A stretch of 64,000 nt of DNA, from contig NIVC01000751.1 in NCBI GenBank assembly GCA_002269645.1, positions 62,001-126,000 on the forward strand, given 5' to 3'. Position numbers and translations under genes: made by a program. This document shows, piece after piece, positions 25,031 to 35,743 of the stretch. The stretch is from Macrostomum lignano (Eukaryota). The notes beneath the pieces are model-generated. The model was not told where the DNA came from. It was given only the letters and a program-made list of their open reading frames with translations, and did not search any database. Each line of letters starts with the position of its first letter. The first letter of the stretch is position 1.

Positions 25031-26051
25031 TTTTCGATGGTGCAATATTTTCTCTCTATATATGCGAGCCCCCTCATGCCTTGGTTCAGATCAGCTCAGT
25101 TCAGTTCGTTTCATTTCTTTATATTAAGACGCAGAGGGGAGGCCCCTTGCGCGCACGCGCTCGCAGAACAGGCGGGAGGGGCAGGCAGCAGCAGCCTGCG
25201 GGGTCAGCTAAAGCGCTTGCAAGTCAGCGATGAGGCAGTTCGTTAGAGTGGCAGAGCGGGCCTGGCCCCATGGCGCAATGCTCGGTTGGCCATTTCGATC
25301 ATTTCTTTAGCTCTGTTCTCTCTCTCCAGTAAACGCAGTTCTGCAATTGCCCTATTTCTCCCATTGTCCTGACTCAGTTCTCATCCTAAACCAAGACCTC
25401 TGAGTCTGCTCTGAGGCTAACACCGTCCTCCCAGTGGACCCACTGAGCCCGGCAGGATCTGCTGACTATTAGTCTGAAATCGCTAATCTGCCTAAAGTGC
25501 TGTGTTCGCTTGTCTTTGTTATTTCGTTCCGACGGGTCCTCACCTCACCGAAGGCTGAGATCCGAAGGGACTGGTGGCAGCAACTACCAACGCTACTGAT
25601 AAATAGATTCCTGAGAAAACCCAAGAGCTCCGTGCTAGCACAACCTGAGAACCACAGATACAACATGGGTGGCAGCCGTGAGATTTAAAGACCGATTTTA
25701 AAAACACTACTTGTGTCGACCATAGATCTTAGAGCCAGTCAGCTGTTTAGGCTGTAGGGTTAGTGGGACTATAAATACTTCGTAAATTCCTAGTCTTTTC
25801 CACGAGAAAAAACTTGAAAGGAACTGATTTAGACTTCCCTCGCGTTCAAGCGAAAACCACTAAAGTTGAAGCGGGATAAATATTTATAAACTCACCCAGC
25901 CAATATAATTAAAACGGGGACTACATCATGGATGAAGGAATAGAAAGGATGGCTCATCTGAAAGTGAGTCTATGGCCAAGGCTTCCTAAAAATTGGGATA
26001 TTCCCCCATGAATTTCATTGGCTGCTTGAATTTAATAATCAAGTCATGACA

Positions 26052-26063
26052 CTTTTCCCCTCT
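26052..26063 (-). other. polypurine tract and start of the 3' LTR of the gypsy element
   Basis: Minus strand AGAGGGGAAAAG directly followed by TGTCATGAC (TG start at 26051), ~20 bp after the pol stop; far LTR end not identified. Confidence 0.65.
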
Positions 26064-26083
26064 CAGAAGAAGTCCGCTCCCTA

Positions 26084-29000
26084 TCAATCACAGCTCCCGA
26101 GTTGCGAGTAGGTCAGCTTCTCAGGTGGCCATCGCCGGCGTGCAGGCTGCAGTCCGCAGGGCGCGTCTGGCGGCTCCGGCTCCGGGCCCTCCGCGCCGGT
26201 CCCGGTCGAGTCCGCAGCTTCAGCTGGCTCGGTCCCGACTGCTGGACCGTCAGGTTCGTCGCTCTCGACTCGCAGTTGGTCGGCATGACGGCGCCAGGTC
26301 AGGCCGTCGCTCGTTTCGATTCGGAAGCTCAGCGGCCCAGTCTGCTCGAGAACTTTTGCTGGTTGCCAGGCCGCCGCATTAGGCCGGTAGTCCCTGGCCC
26401 AGGTCTCCGACCACGGCTCCTCCGGCAGCTCCCGCGACCGCCGGTCGTGCTGTCGTTTCTGGGCAGATTGCTCCCGCAGTACTCGATCCCGAGCTGACGT
26501 CCACAGCAGGTCCATTCGAGTCCGGAGCAGCCGCTTCAGGAAGAGCTCCGCTGGTGTCCGACCGGTCGTTGGGTGCAGGCTAGCTCGGTAGCCCAGCAGC
26601 CAGTTGCACAGGCGGATGTCGAGGTCCGGCTGACTGCTCCGTGACGCCTCCATGGCCATCTTGAACGACTTCACCAGCCGTTCCACAAGTCCGTTGGTCT
26701 TGGCGTGATATGGACTGCTTCTTGTGTGGTGAATTCCATTTGCTTTGCAGAAATCGCTAAATCCTTGGCTGATGAATGCTGGACCGTTGTCCGATACCAG
26801 TTCTCTCGGCAGGCCCCATTGTGCAAACAACACTCGCAGCTTGCGAACCAGCTCGGCCGATTCGAGTGTTGACACGGCCTCCACATGCGGCCACTTTGAG
26901 TGCGCGTCGACTACGAGGAGAAACTGGCGGCCTCGAACCGGCCCGGCAAAGTCAACGTGGATGCGGTCCCAGGACTGGTCTGGCCACACCCAGGGGTGCA
27001 GTGGAGCCAGCACCGGATGCAACTTAACGGATTGGCAGGCTTGGCAGCTGCTGGCAACCGACTCGATGTTAGCATCCATTCCTGGCCACCAGACGGAGGT
27101 TCTGGCGACACTTTTCATCCGGGCCATGCCGAAATGTTCCACGTGTAACTCGCGCAGAACTCCAGCTCGCAACGCTTCCGGAACCAGTACGCGAGTTCCC
27201 CAGATCAGGCAGCCGTCTTCCACGCTTAGTTCTAGTCGACGACGAAAGTAGGGCTAGAGCCGCGGCGGAACCGACTCTGGCCAGCCAGTCATTATCATCC
27301 GGAGAACATCTCGGAGCTCGTCATCTTGCTTCGTCATTCGCCGCCGTCAATGGGAACTCGCCCGTCAGCTGACAGACCCGATCGTCGTCGTCTGGGCTGT
27401 CGTCCTTCATCTGCTGGGGCAAGCGAGACAGGCCGTCTGCGTTGCTGTGCTGAGCAGTCTTGCGGAACCGGATGCTGTAGCTGTACCCTGACAGCAGCAG
27501 TGCCCATCTCTGAAGTCGCCCTGCTGCAGTCATGGAGATGCCAACCTTCGGTCCGAAAATCGTCGTCAACGGCTGATGATCCGTAATTATCGTGAAGCTC
27601 CGGCCGAACAGGTACTGGTGGAACCGCTTGATAGCGAACACGATGGCGAGGGCTTCTTTCTCAATTTGCGAGTAATTTCGCTCCGCTGCTGACAGCGTCC
27701 TTGAAGCAAAAGTCACCGGCCGTTCCGAGCCGTCCTCCATCGTGTGGTACAGCACCGCGCCAATGCCGACCGATGAAGCATTCGCGGCCACCACCACTGG
27801 AAGCTGCTCGTTGAAATGCGTCAGCACGCTGTCCGAACTCAGTTCTTGCTTAAGATGGTCCCAGGCTCGGTCCTCCGTGTCAGCCCACCGCCAGTCCGTC
27901 TCCTTCCTCAACAGTTGATACAGAGGAGCAGCGATCGTGGAGAAGTCCTTGACATGTCGAGCATAGTAGTTTGCGAGGCCCAAGAATGATCGCAGCTCTG
28001 ATACTGTCGCTGGCTTCGGGCTGTTGACTATTGCTTCCACCTTCTGAGGCAGCTTCTTGACTCCGTCCTTGCTCAGCGACAAGCCCAGGTATTCGACTTC
28101 TTGCAGAAATTTGCACTTGATTCGCTTCAGCCGCAAGCCCGCCACTCTCAGCCTGGTCAGTACCTCGCGAAGCGCTGCTAGGTGCTCACTCATTGACGGA
28201 CTGGAGACCAGGATGTCATCAATGCGGCAACAGACTCCCGGCACGCCCTTCAAGTGTTTCCATCAGCCTCTGGCAAATCGCAGGTGCCGAACTGACGCCA
28301 AATGGCAACCGGAGGTACTCGAAAAGCCCTTTATGCGTGTTGATGGTCGTCAGCTTGCAGCTCTCTTCGTCGAGTGGAAACTGAAGATAACATTGTGACA
28401 GATCGAGTTTTGAGAACAGCTGACCCTGTCCCACCTGCTCGTAAAGCTCTTCAGGCGTAGGCAGCGGGTATTGGTCGATGTGGAGCTGAGGGCTCAACGT
28501 CAGTTTATAGTCGCCGCACAGTCGGACTGAGCCGTCCGCCTTGAGTACCGGAACCACTGGCGTAGCCCACTCGCTGTAGATCACCGGGCGGATGATGCCT
28601 TTGTTGAGCATGTCCTGGAGCTCGAGCTCCAGCTTGTCCCGCACTGCGAATGGCACGGGTGTGGCCTTGCAGAATCGAGGCTGTGCGTCACTTTTGAGTC
28701 TCAGTGCGACTGTCTGATCCTTCAACTGCCCCAGGCTCTCGTCTAAAACATCAGCGAACTCCTCCAGCATTTGGTCGAGAGGCCCGCTGTTCTGCGCCGG
28801 CGCCTGGCTGATCTGGTTGGCAAACAACTGAGTCCAGTTGAGTCGCACTTTTTCCAGCCAATTGCGTCCTAGCAATGGGCAGGCTCCGGTCTGACTGGTG
28901 ACCACCAGCGGCAGCTTATCATGCTGTCTTCCGTCGTAGTTGACCCTGACCTCGGCTGTTCCCTTGACTTGTATTGGCTCGCCCGTCCAGGTCCGGAGTC

Positions 29001-29596
29001 GCAGGCGTGTTAGTGTCAGCGGAGGTCGGCCGAGCTGCTTCCACACCGACTCCGGTACGAGGCTGACGCAGGCACCGGTGTCCAGCTGCATGGTGAGGGA
29101 CTGGTCATTTATCAGCAGGCTTACGCTGATTTTCTTGGCCGATGCAGTGACTTGCGAAATCCAGCCAGTTGCTGCTTCCTCCTCCTCTTCCGTTTGCATT
29201 GCGTGCGCTGGTCCGTTCTCTGGCCGTCCGGCTTTCGTTGTACTGGAGGCTTTCTTGGCTGAGCGGCAAACTTTCTGCAGGTGTCCAACTTTCCCGCAGT
29301 TGTGGCACTTTGCGGTCCTGAAGTGGCAGGCTGCCGACAGGTGGCCTTTGAATCCGCACCTGTAGCACGCCTTAGAGTCTGGCGCTACCTGCTGGACTGA
29401 GCTGACCTCTGAGCTCGATTTCCATTGCTCAGTTTCCGACTTTGCAATCTCCGCCGCGAGGGCAATTTTCTTGGCCGCATCCAGCGTGAGCTTCTCCTCC
29501 ATCAGGAGTCGCTGCTGGGTCCGCTGGTCCCGAAGACCGCAGACGAAACAGTCTCGGAGAGCTTCTTCTCGAAACCCCCTGAACTCGCACGAATTT
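26084..29596 (-). mobile_element. Ty3/gypsy LTR retrotransposon gag(partial)-pol, 5'-truncated and disabled
   Basis: gag CEFGGFREEALRDCFVCGLRD plus CCHC knuckles; protease QLDTGACVSL; RT LPFGVSSAP / RIDDILV split by a frameshift at ~28250; RNase H with DAS->NAS; stop/frameshift at ~27250-27320; integrase HHCC and HVDFAG...SDNGPAF...NGLVERLV (26084-27223). Confidence 0.97.
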
Positions 29597-29619
29597 ACCA
29601 GAAGTAAATCTACTTTCGG

Positions 29620-30290
29620 ATAATGCTTAAAAACGGAACTGAACTACGCTCGATAAGATATAAATGCGAAGAATTGCGCTGCCTGCCACCGTTGAAAGAG
29701 GTCCAGTGCCGCAGGTGCCAAGGCCTCGGCCACCTTGAAAGCCGGGGGGAGGGCGGCTGCTCAGTTCAGGTGCAAGTGCGCTAGGGAGCATTTCTCAGGA
29801 GACTGCCTAATGGACACGGGCTTTAAGTGCGCGAATTGGGGCCTCGATCACTCAACCTTCTACAAATTCGAGAAATTAAATAAAATTAACTAACAAGCTG
29901 GAAACTGAGCGTGAGCATAGCAGAGTAATGGAGCTTAGAAGAAAATTTAGTCAGGGGGCTTTAGACATAGACAGGGGGATCCTAGTTAAGGCCCGGGACT
30001 TCAGGAGATCTTTCCGGTGTACTAGGTCAGTGGGTTGAGCGTAGCGATCCTGCGACCACCCAAACTGCGCCTGCTACCAAGACTGCGGACTCTGCAAGCG
30101 GTGAGCAGGGTTTTTATTAAAGTGAGGTCCTGGAGATAGTACTGAGGGCCCTCAACAGGCTTAAGGAGATCAATCCGGGTAAATCGCTTACTACATGGGA
30201 AGCAAGCCAGCTTGCAGCCCGTATATTAAGTGAATTTCTGGCGACTTCTTGTGCCCAAGAGAGCCCGCAGTCAGGTAGGCGAAGCTGAAG
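29620..30290 (+). pseudogene. LINE (Jockey/I-like) ORF1 3' part with three zinc knuckles
   Basis: QCRRCQGLGHLES (29704), FRCK-CAREHFSGDC, KCANWGLDHSTFY. Confidence 0.75.
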
Positions 30291-30351
30291 TCACCTCGGT
30301 GTGCGGAACCGAGTCCTGAACTGACTTTAAATAATTTATTTCAATTCGCAA

Positions 30352-31200
30352 TGGCTACCAATAATACAAACGATCCCTGCTACCACCTCTGGCCGCCCTA
30401 ATTCTAACTTACCCTCAACATTGGGAACATTAACTGTAATAAGCCGAGCAACAAAATCTGAGATTAAAATGTGGCTGTATAATGAGGAAATTGACATTGG
30501 TCTCTTTCTGAAACTCATTCTAACAAAAATAACTTTTTTGTCCAAGGGTACGCCATCATCAGGTACGATGTACCTGAGTGTCGCAGAGGACTGGCAGTTG
30601 CCTATTTAAACACCCTAAATCTCAGGCGTTAACAAATACTTTGACAACTCCAACTATGAATTCGTTTTAATGTCCACCTTAACAATAAAACCATCGATAT
30701 CATGCAGGTGTCTCTACTGTATAGGGCCTCCACCACTGATAGGCTTAATTTGGACATCCTAGAGCACCTGCTTGCTTACCCCAAATCAATTCTCATGGGG
30801 GATCTGAACTGTCGGCATCCCATCCTGGGCAGTGACAGCGCTAACAATTTCCCCGGGAAACAGTTGATTGAACGGCTGGAACACCACCATGGCCCTCCTG
30901 CGATCTTCAATTCCTTTGGTGATCTTTGGTCCCTGGTATCTGGTGATTAACTATAGGGGAGGGAACGCGTCAGAACTAGGAATTCGCTCTCCCAAACTTG
31001 TTCAGCTTGTTAGTGAGGTGCTGGTAGGTTATGACATCGACAGTGATCACTTCCTAATAGTTACTAAAGTTTATCTAGATCCCAACTCTGAGTTAGCCCA
31101 TAAATGACCAAGAGCTTCTGGTGCGCTGATTAGGAAGCCTTCAGGTATTCCCTCACAGATAAACTTGAAAATTGTAGAATTATTCGGTCACGTATTTTTA
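30352..31200 (+). pseudogene. LINE ORF2 apurinic-type endonuclease domain, frameshifted and truncated before the RT
   Basis: LNIGNINCN, SETH, ILMGDLNCRHPILG (30798), DIDSDHFLIV (31042). Confidence 0.85.
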
Positions 31201-31632
31201 TTCTTAACCATTAGCCTCCCGCGTCTATTTTTGCTCACCCCATAGCCTCATGTAGCAGCTCTGCTGCTATAGATGTAAAAGCTGAAAACTTCTGCCAGAT
31301 CAAGTTTTCACCCCACTCCCTCTCATAGGGCTGTCAAAAAATGGAAACATTAGTAGGCATCAGTAGGAAGTAGTGTGATGGGGTGAAAATATCGTTAAAT
31401 CCCTGCGAAGCTCTTTTCCGAGATGTATTTTTACCATAGACACAAAACACCAAGCTAGAATTTGTATTTTTCGGGTTGTATATTTTATGTTTCATTTTGG
31501 ATGACAAAAAACGAGATTATGAATATAACTGGAAAACGAAAATTTCCGGGTCTTATTAGTAGGCAGCAAAGTAGCTTAGTTTACTTAGATTAGTTGGTTA
31601 GTTTCGGCTTAAGGTTAATCAGTTTTTAGTTA

Positions 31633-32010
31633 CTAACAGTTGGGTTCATTGCATGCTTGTAATAAATTTTTGATGATGACTGAGCAGTTATTAAAACTGA
31701 AATTCAGCTGACGCTCACCGCGGACGCTAGCTGCGTCTGTCTCAGCCTCACGTAGTATTTTAGCGTCCAATACAGCGCAGGAATTGGCTATTTGAATGTC
31801 GGACGTCCGCTTGTACGTGCGGACTCCAGCCAAACTTCGGTGGCCTGTTCGTTCCATTATTTGCTGTTCTTCAACGCCAGCTTGGTAAAGACGTGTAGCA
31901 CACGTAGCGCGTAGACTATGATTAGTCTTGTGGCCAGAAATCTCGGCTTCAGTGCACATTTCATGCAGAAACTTTGCCAGGGTGTTTTTGCCAATTGGAC
32001 GATTCGAGGA
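31633..32010 (-). pseudogene. Crypton tyrosine recombinase remnant H: intact catalytic C-terminus, 5' part missing
   Basis: RPIGKNTLAKFLHEMCTEAEISGHKTNHSLRATCATRLYQAGVEEQQIMERTGHRSLAGVRTYKRTS...FSFNNCSVIIKN; HxxR, H and Y are intact. Confidence 0.92.
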
Positions 32011-32221
32011 CGATTGTTATGGAGTGAGGCTTTCCAGCTATTTATCTGTCCTCTGTCTGTCTTTATAAAATATGTCTATGGTATAGAATACACCCCCAAT
32101 ACAGTATTGATGTCTATGGCCAATTTGCGGGTTGTAATTACATACAACCCGGAGAATTTTTACTAGCTGTTATATAAATTAGCGGGTTGTATTTTTAGCG
32201 CATGAATTTAAGTGAGATGAC

Positions 32222-32320
32222 ACATAGAGTTGAGGGATGTATTTATTTAAGCCCCGAGGGCCGCAGGCCGCAGGCACTCGGCCCTCGGGGCTTAAATAAA
32301 TACATCCCTCAACTCTATGT
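32222..32320. other. 99-bp palindrome with perfect 42-bp arms and apex GCC-GCA-GGC
   Basis: ACATAGAGTTGAGGGATGTATTTATTTAAGCCCCGAGGGCCG (32222-32263) is the exact reverse complement of 32279-32320. Confidence 0.95.
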
Positions 32321-32869
32321 ATTATCTTATACGTATAAGTTGCTTGCATTATAATTCTAGCTTCATACACAGCTGTGTATGGCTAGCAGATCGAGTTGTC
32401 GGAGTCTGCTAAAATAGCTACCAGCCACTTCCAGAAGCAGGCCAGGATTGGTGTGAGCGTGAGAGCTTTACATCGACAAACCGAATTCAAAAGTTTTACC
32501 ATAGACAGGTATTGCCTCGTATATTCATCTTATTCACTGCGTATTGAAATGAGAAAAACATTGCAAGCATAGAGATCCAGACATCTCTATGCTCGACATA
32601 GACAATTTTTTTTGGTTATCGCAGTCATGAATGCAATAGTTTTAATACGTTCTCTGCAAAGCTTGTGCGACTGGACAAACGCTAGAGCAGACAGGGCTGC
32701 TACGCAAATTAAAAAAGAAAGCTGCATTGAAGCAGCAGGTGTTGAACCCACCATTCAACACCTTTTCTAGGCGTGGGGATCTGCCTGCCGTGAGATAGTG
32801 GATCGGCGAGCTTAGCCTCTAGTCTAAAAACCGTCTACATGCTAGACAGTGCTGGCACGGCCAACTGTG

Positions 32870-33145
32870 TGCAAGTTACAAGGGCTCAGCGAGGCGGTCA
32901 GGAGCAGCAGCTGCTGAAGGCACAGACAGCTTTGGACTATTATCAAAGCATGAGAGGAGTGGACAGGACGGACGCTAGTTGTGAGCCGTACAAGACAAGT
33001 AGAAAAACAGAAGTGTTTTTTCAAGCTGGGTTCCTGTCTCTTGCTGCAAATTGTTTGCAACTCCTTTTATTACCAACAAGCGCATTCGCGGATCCCGCAG
33101 TTCTTGCACTATTTAGAAGCATGTCAGCGAATTTTGCGAGGTAGC
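32870..33145 (+). pseudogene. piggyBac (PGBD-like) transposase C-terminal fragment
   Basis: QTALDYYQSMRGVDRTDASCEPYKTSRKT / FFKLGSCLLLQIVCNSFYY matches 'DYNxxMGGVDxxDQxxxxYxxxRKTxKW...LLxIxxxNSF'. Confidence 0.75.
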
Positions 33146-33264
33146 TATACCAGTATTGGGTGCTTGCGAGGTAGAAGGCTCCTACAGCAGCCTGAGAGTT
33201 TTAAAAAATGGTGAACATCCGCCTCCAACTGCGGAATCCGGTCTTTAGCACCTCGGGCCTAGGC

Positions 33265-33790
33265 TCATCTTCTTCCAGCCTGATTATCCTTCATGGTAAA
33301 GGAGATCAAACATTCGTCTCCTGTGACGACATCCGACAGTCGTCGTGGGCCGTGGGGCTCAAACATTTGCACCCACAAGCGACAGATGCGCACCCTCTCT
33401 GCTTGCTGCTCCGGAGTGAGAGGATGGGGTGGGTACCCATCGAGCGCAGGTCTTTGTGCGGCCAAGTTGCTCATGCATGATGTTATGAGCACTTCCATAG
33501 CTGACACCAAGCTCATAGGCAAGGAATCTCAGCGTTATGCTCCGATCCTCACGAATTTTTGGATCGGCACGGGCCACGACATCTTCGGCCACGGATGTCC
33601 GGGGTCGGCCAGACCTCGGCTCATCGTTGAAGCTGTCCCGGCCTTCTGAGAAATGGCGCACCTAGCGGGCAACTGTGTCAAATGATGGAGCAGAGTTAGC
33701 TAAAACATTTACCAGATCAGTATAAATATCAGTCGCTCTGCAGCCAAGTTGCATGCGCATAAAGATATAGAACAAACAGATATATATAGA
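33265..33790 (-). pseudogene. mariner transposase N-terminal fragment
   Basis: FMRMQLGCRATDIYTDL...PSFDTVAR*..FSEGRDSFNDEPRSGRPRTS...ARWVP/HPLT...VVTGDE; stop plus frameshift. Confidence 0.9.
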
Positions 33791-34849
33791 GCACATATTA
33801 ACTTTATTACTTACACATGAGTAGGAAAGAAAAACAGAACACATTTTTAAGCAGCATCAACAGGACAGAAAAACACATACACACATTGCACTGGTAAATA
33901 CGAGCAAAGCTCAAATATGGGGCACTAATTGGGACAACATTGTGCGGGATGTGATGTTAGAGGAATTTATTGTGACGCACTTAATGGGAAATAGTCTGTT
34001 TTTTAACGCGGCTACTGTCTGTGACTAGAAAATGGTTCATGTAGTTGAGCCAGCAAAGTATAGCTCTCTCTAAATAAACAAAACAGAATAGCTTTCTAAG
34101 TAGCTTAAGTTTGAGTTTGGGAATATGTGAAACTTTGCTCAGTCAATGATTGCGTTCATGAGGTGTGTCTACACTACAAAACTTTCACACCGCTTCTGAA
34201 GCCGAGTTCCGCTGATGCGTCGCGGATTGAGCAGAACTTGAATGCGGTCTCCGCAAGCACAGACGCCACTGGTTCAAGCCTTGTCGCTGAACTAGCTAGT
34301 GCCATTCCGCCTGCTCAACAGCAGCCTCCAGCCGGCTTCAGCCAGACAGTTGGTCAGCCGCCAAGTGGTCGCGAAATCGATCAGTTGTTTTGTGCACCAG
34401 TGGTGTGTGTATTGTTCTGAAGATGCAAATTTTGCAATTTTACAACCGGTCTCAAATCCGAAGTCGTGCTGTGAGCCACATTTTGGGGCTCTAGCTTTTG
34501 CTTTTAATGATAATGATCCATATCATCTGGAAAGCAATACTGGAACTGATTGTTCAGCTGGAGCTGTAGTTGGTTGCTCAAATTACGAAAATTTTGCTGC
34601 AGTCAATTCGAATTTTTATCCTCAGATGAATGCCTTGTCTGTGGTTCAAGATTTTTCTGCGCATTCAATGCCGTCCCAACTCGCTGATTTTTGTAACTGC
34701 GAATGCTGAAGATGGTGATCAGGTGACATTTTCAGCTAATGTCAATGTTAGTTCCGCGCGGATTGAAGAAAAAGGTGTCTCAATTACTCTACCTGTTTCC
34801 TTAAGGGCTGAGGATGACGCAGGATGCAGTGTTGTTTTGCAAAAGCTTG

Positions 34850-35267
34850 TCAAAAGATAACAAAGCTGCATTATTGCAAATATAGTGGCAAAATGTTGAC
34901 AAAAATCTCTCGGCACTACAAAACAGCTCATAAAGCAGAGTCTGACGTTAAGCGCTTGCAGCAGATCCGCCGTGAGTCCATTCGTAGAGAGGCATTAAAG
35001 GCCCTTGAAAGTGAAGGCAATTATATTCACAATAAAATGGTTTTCGCAAAACGAGAAGGTGAATTGATAATTGCAAGGAGACAAAAGGACGATGAAAGTT
35101 CTCCAGCGAGTTTTCTTCCCTGTCATCAATGCTTTCAATTCATAAAGGATCTTCTCTACCGCCACAGAAACGCATGCTTCGGTAGCCTGGCTGATATTAT
35201 TAAGGAAGACGAGAATGACGCCAATGGAGACACTGAGAACTCTTTGTCTGCGGGCATCAGTCTTTAG
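34850..35267 (+). pseudogene. Cys/His-rich region typical of animal YR-element (integrase-containing) proteins
   Basis: KLHYCKYSGKMLTKISRHYKTAHKAESDV...EGNYIHNKMV..KREGELIIARR...FLPCHQCFQF..LYRHRNAC; recalled similarity to PTHR33480-type proteins, not searched. Confidence 0.6.
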
Positions 35268-35307
35268 CCAGGATTAGGATTATACTGGATTAGCCTGGTC
35301 TCCCGAC

Positions 35308-35715
35308 TCAGACAAGGCCGAGCTGGCCTGTCTGGCCGCTTGCAATGTAGGAACGCAGGTAATCCATGTAATCCAGAAATCGTTTGCGGCTGTGGGCCAC
35401 AAACGCTTTCCCGCGAAGCTTTTTCCTATCTTCAGTAGGATGCTCCTTAATAAGATGTTTTTTTTCAAACTCTTCACTGACAAATTGGCAAAATGGGCAC
35501 AAAAGGATCCCTAGGTTTCCTTTTCCGCGATTTGTACTGGCTTTAGCCTCATACAGAGTAAGCAATTCGATCGCTTTTAGCCTCATTTCGCACTTCAGGT
35601 TATGCACTGACTGACAATGCTGCACTATTTCATCCCCCCGAACTTTGAAAGAGCAGAGCGGACATGTGCGTATTGCACCGTGACTTCCGCGCTTACCTTC
35701 ACCTCCCGAGGACAT
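35308..35715 (-). pseudogene. double C2H2-like zinc-finger ORF fragment, probably TE-derived
   Basis: CPLCSFKVRGDEIVQHCQSVH and CPFCQFVSEEFEKKHLIKEH. Confidence 0.45.
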
Positions 35716-35743
35716 TCCTGATTTTCAGGGAAGAAGTCATCTA

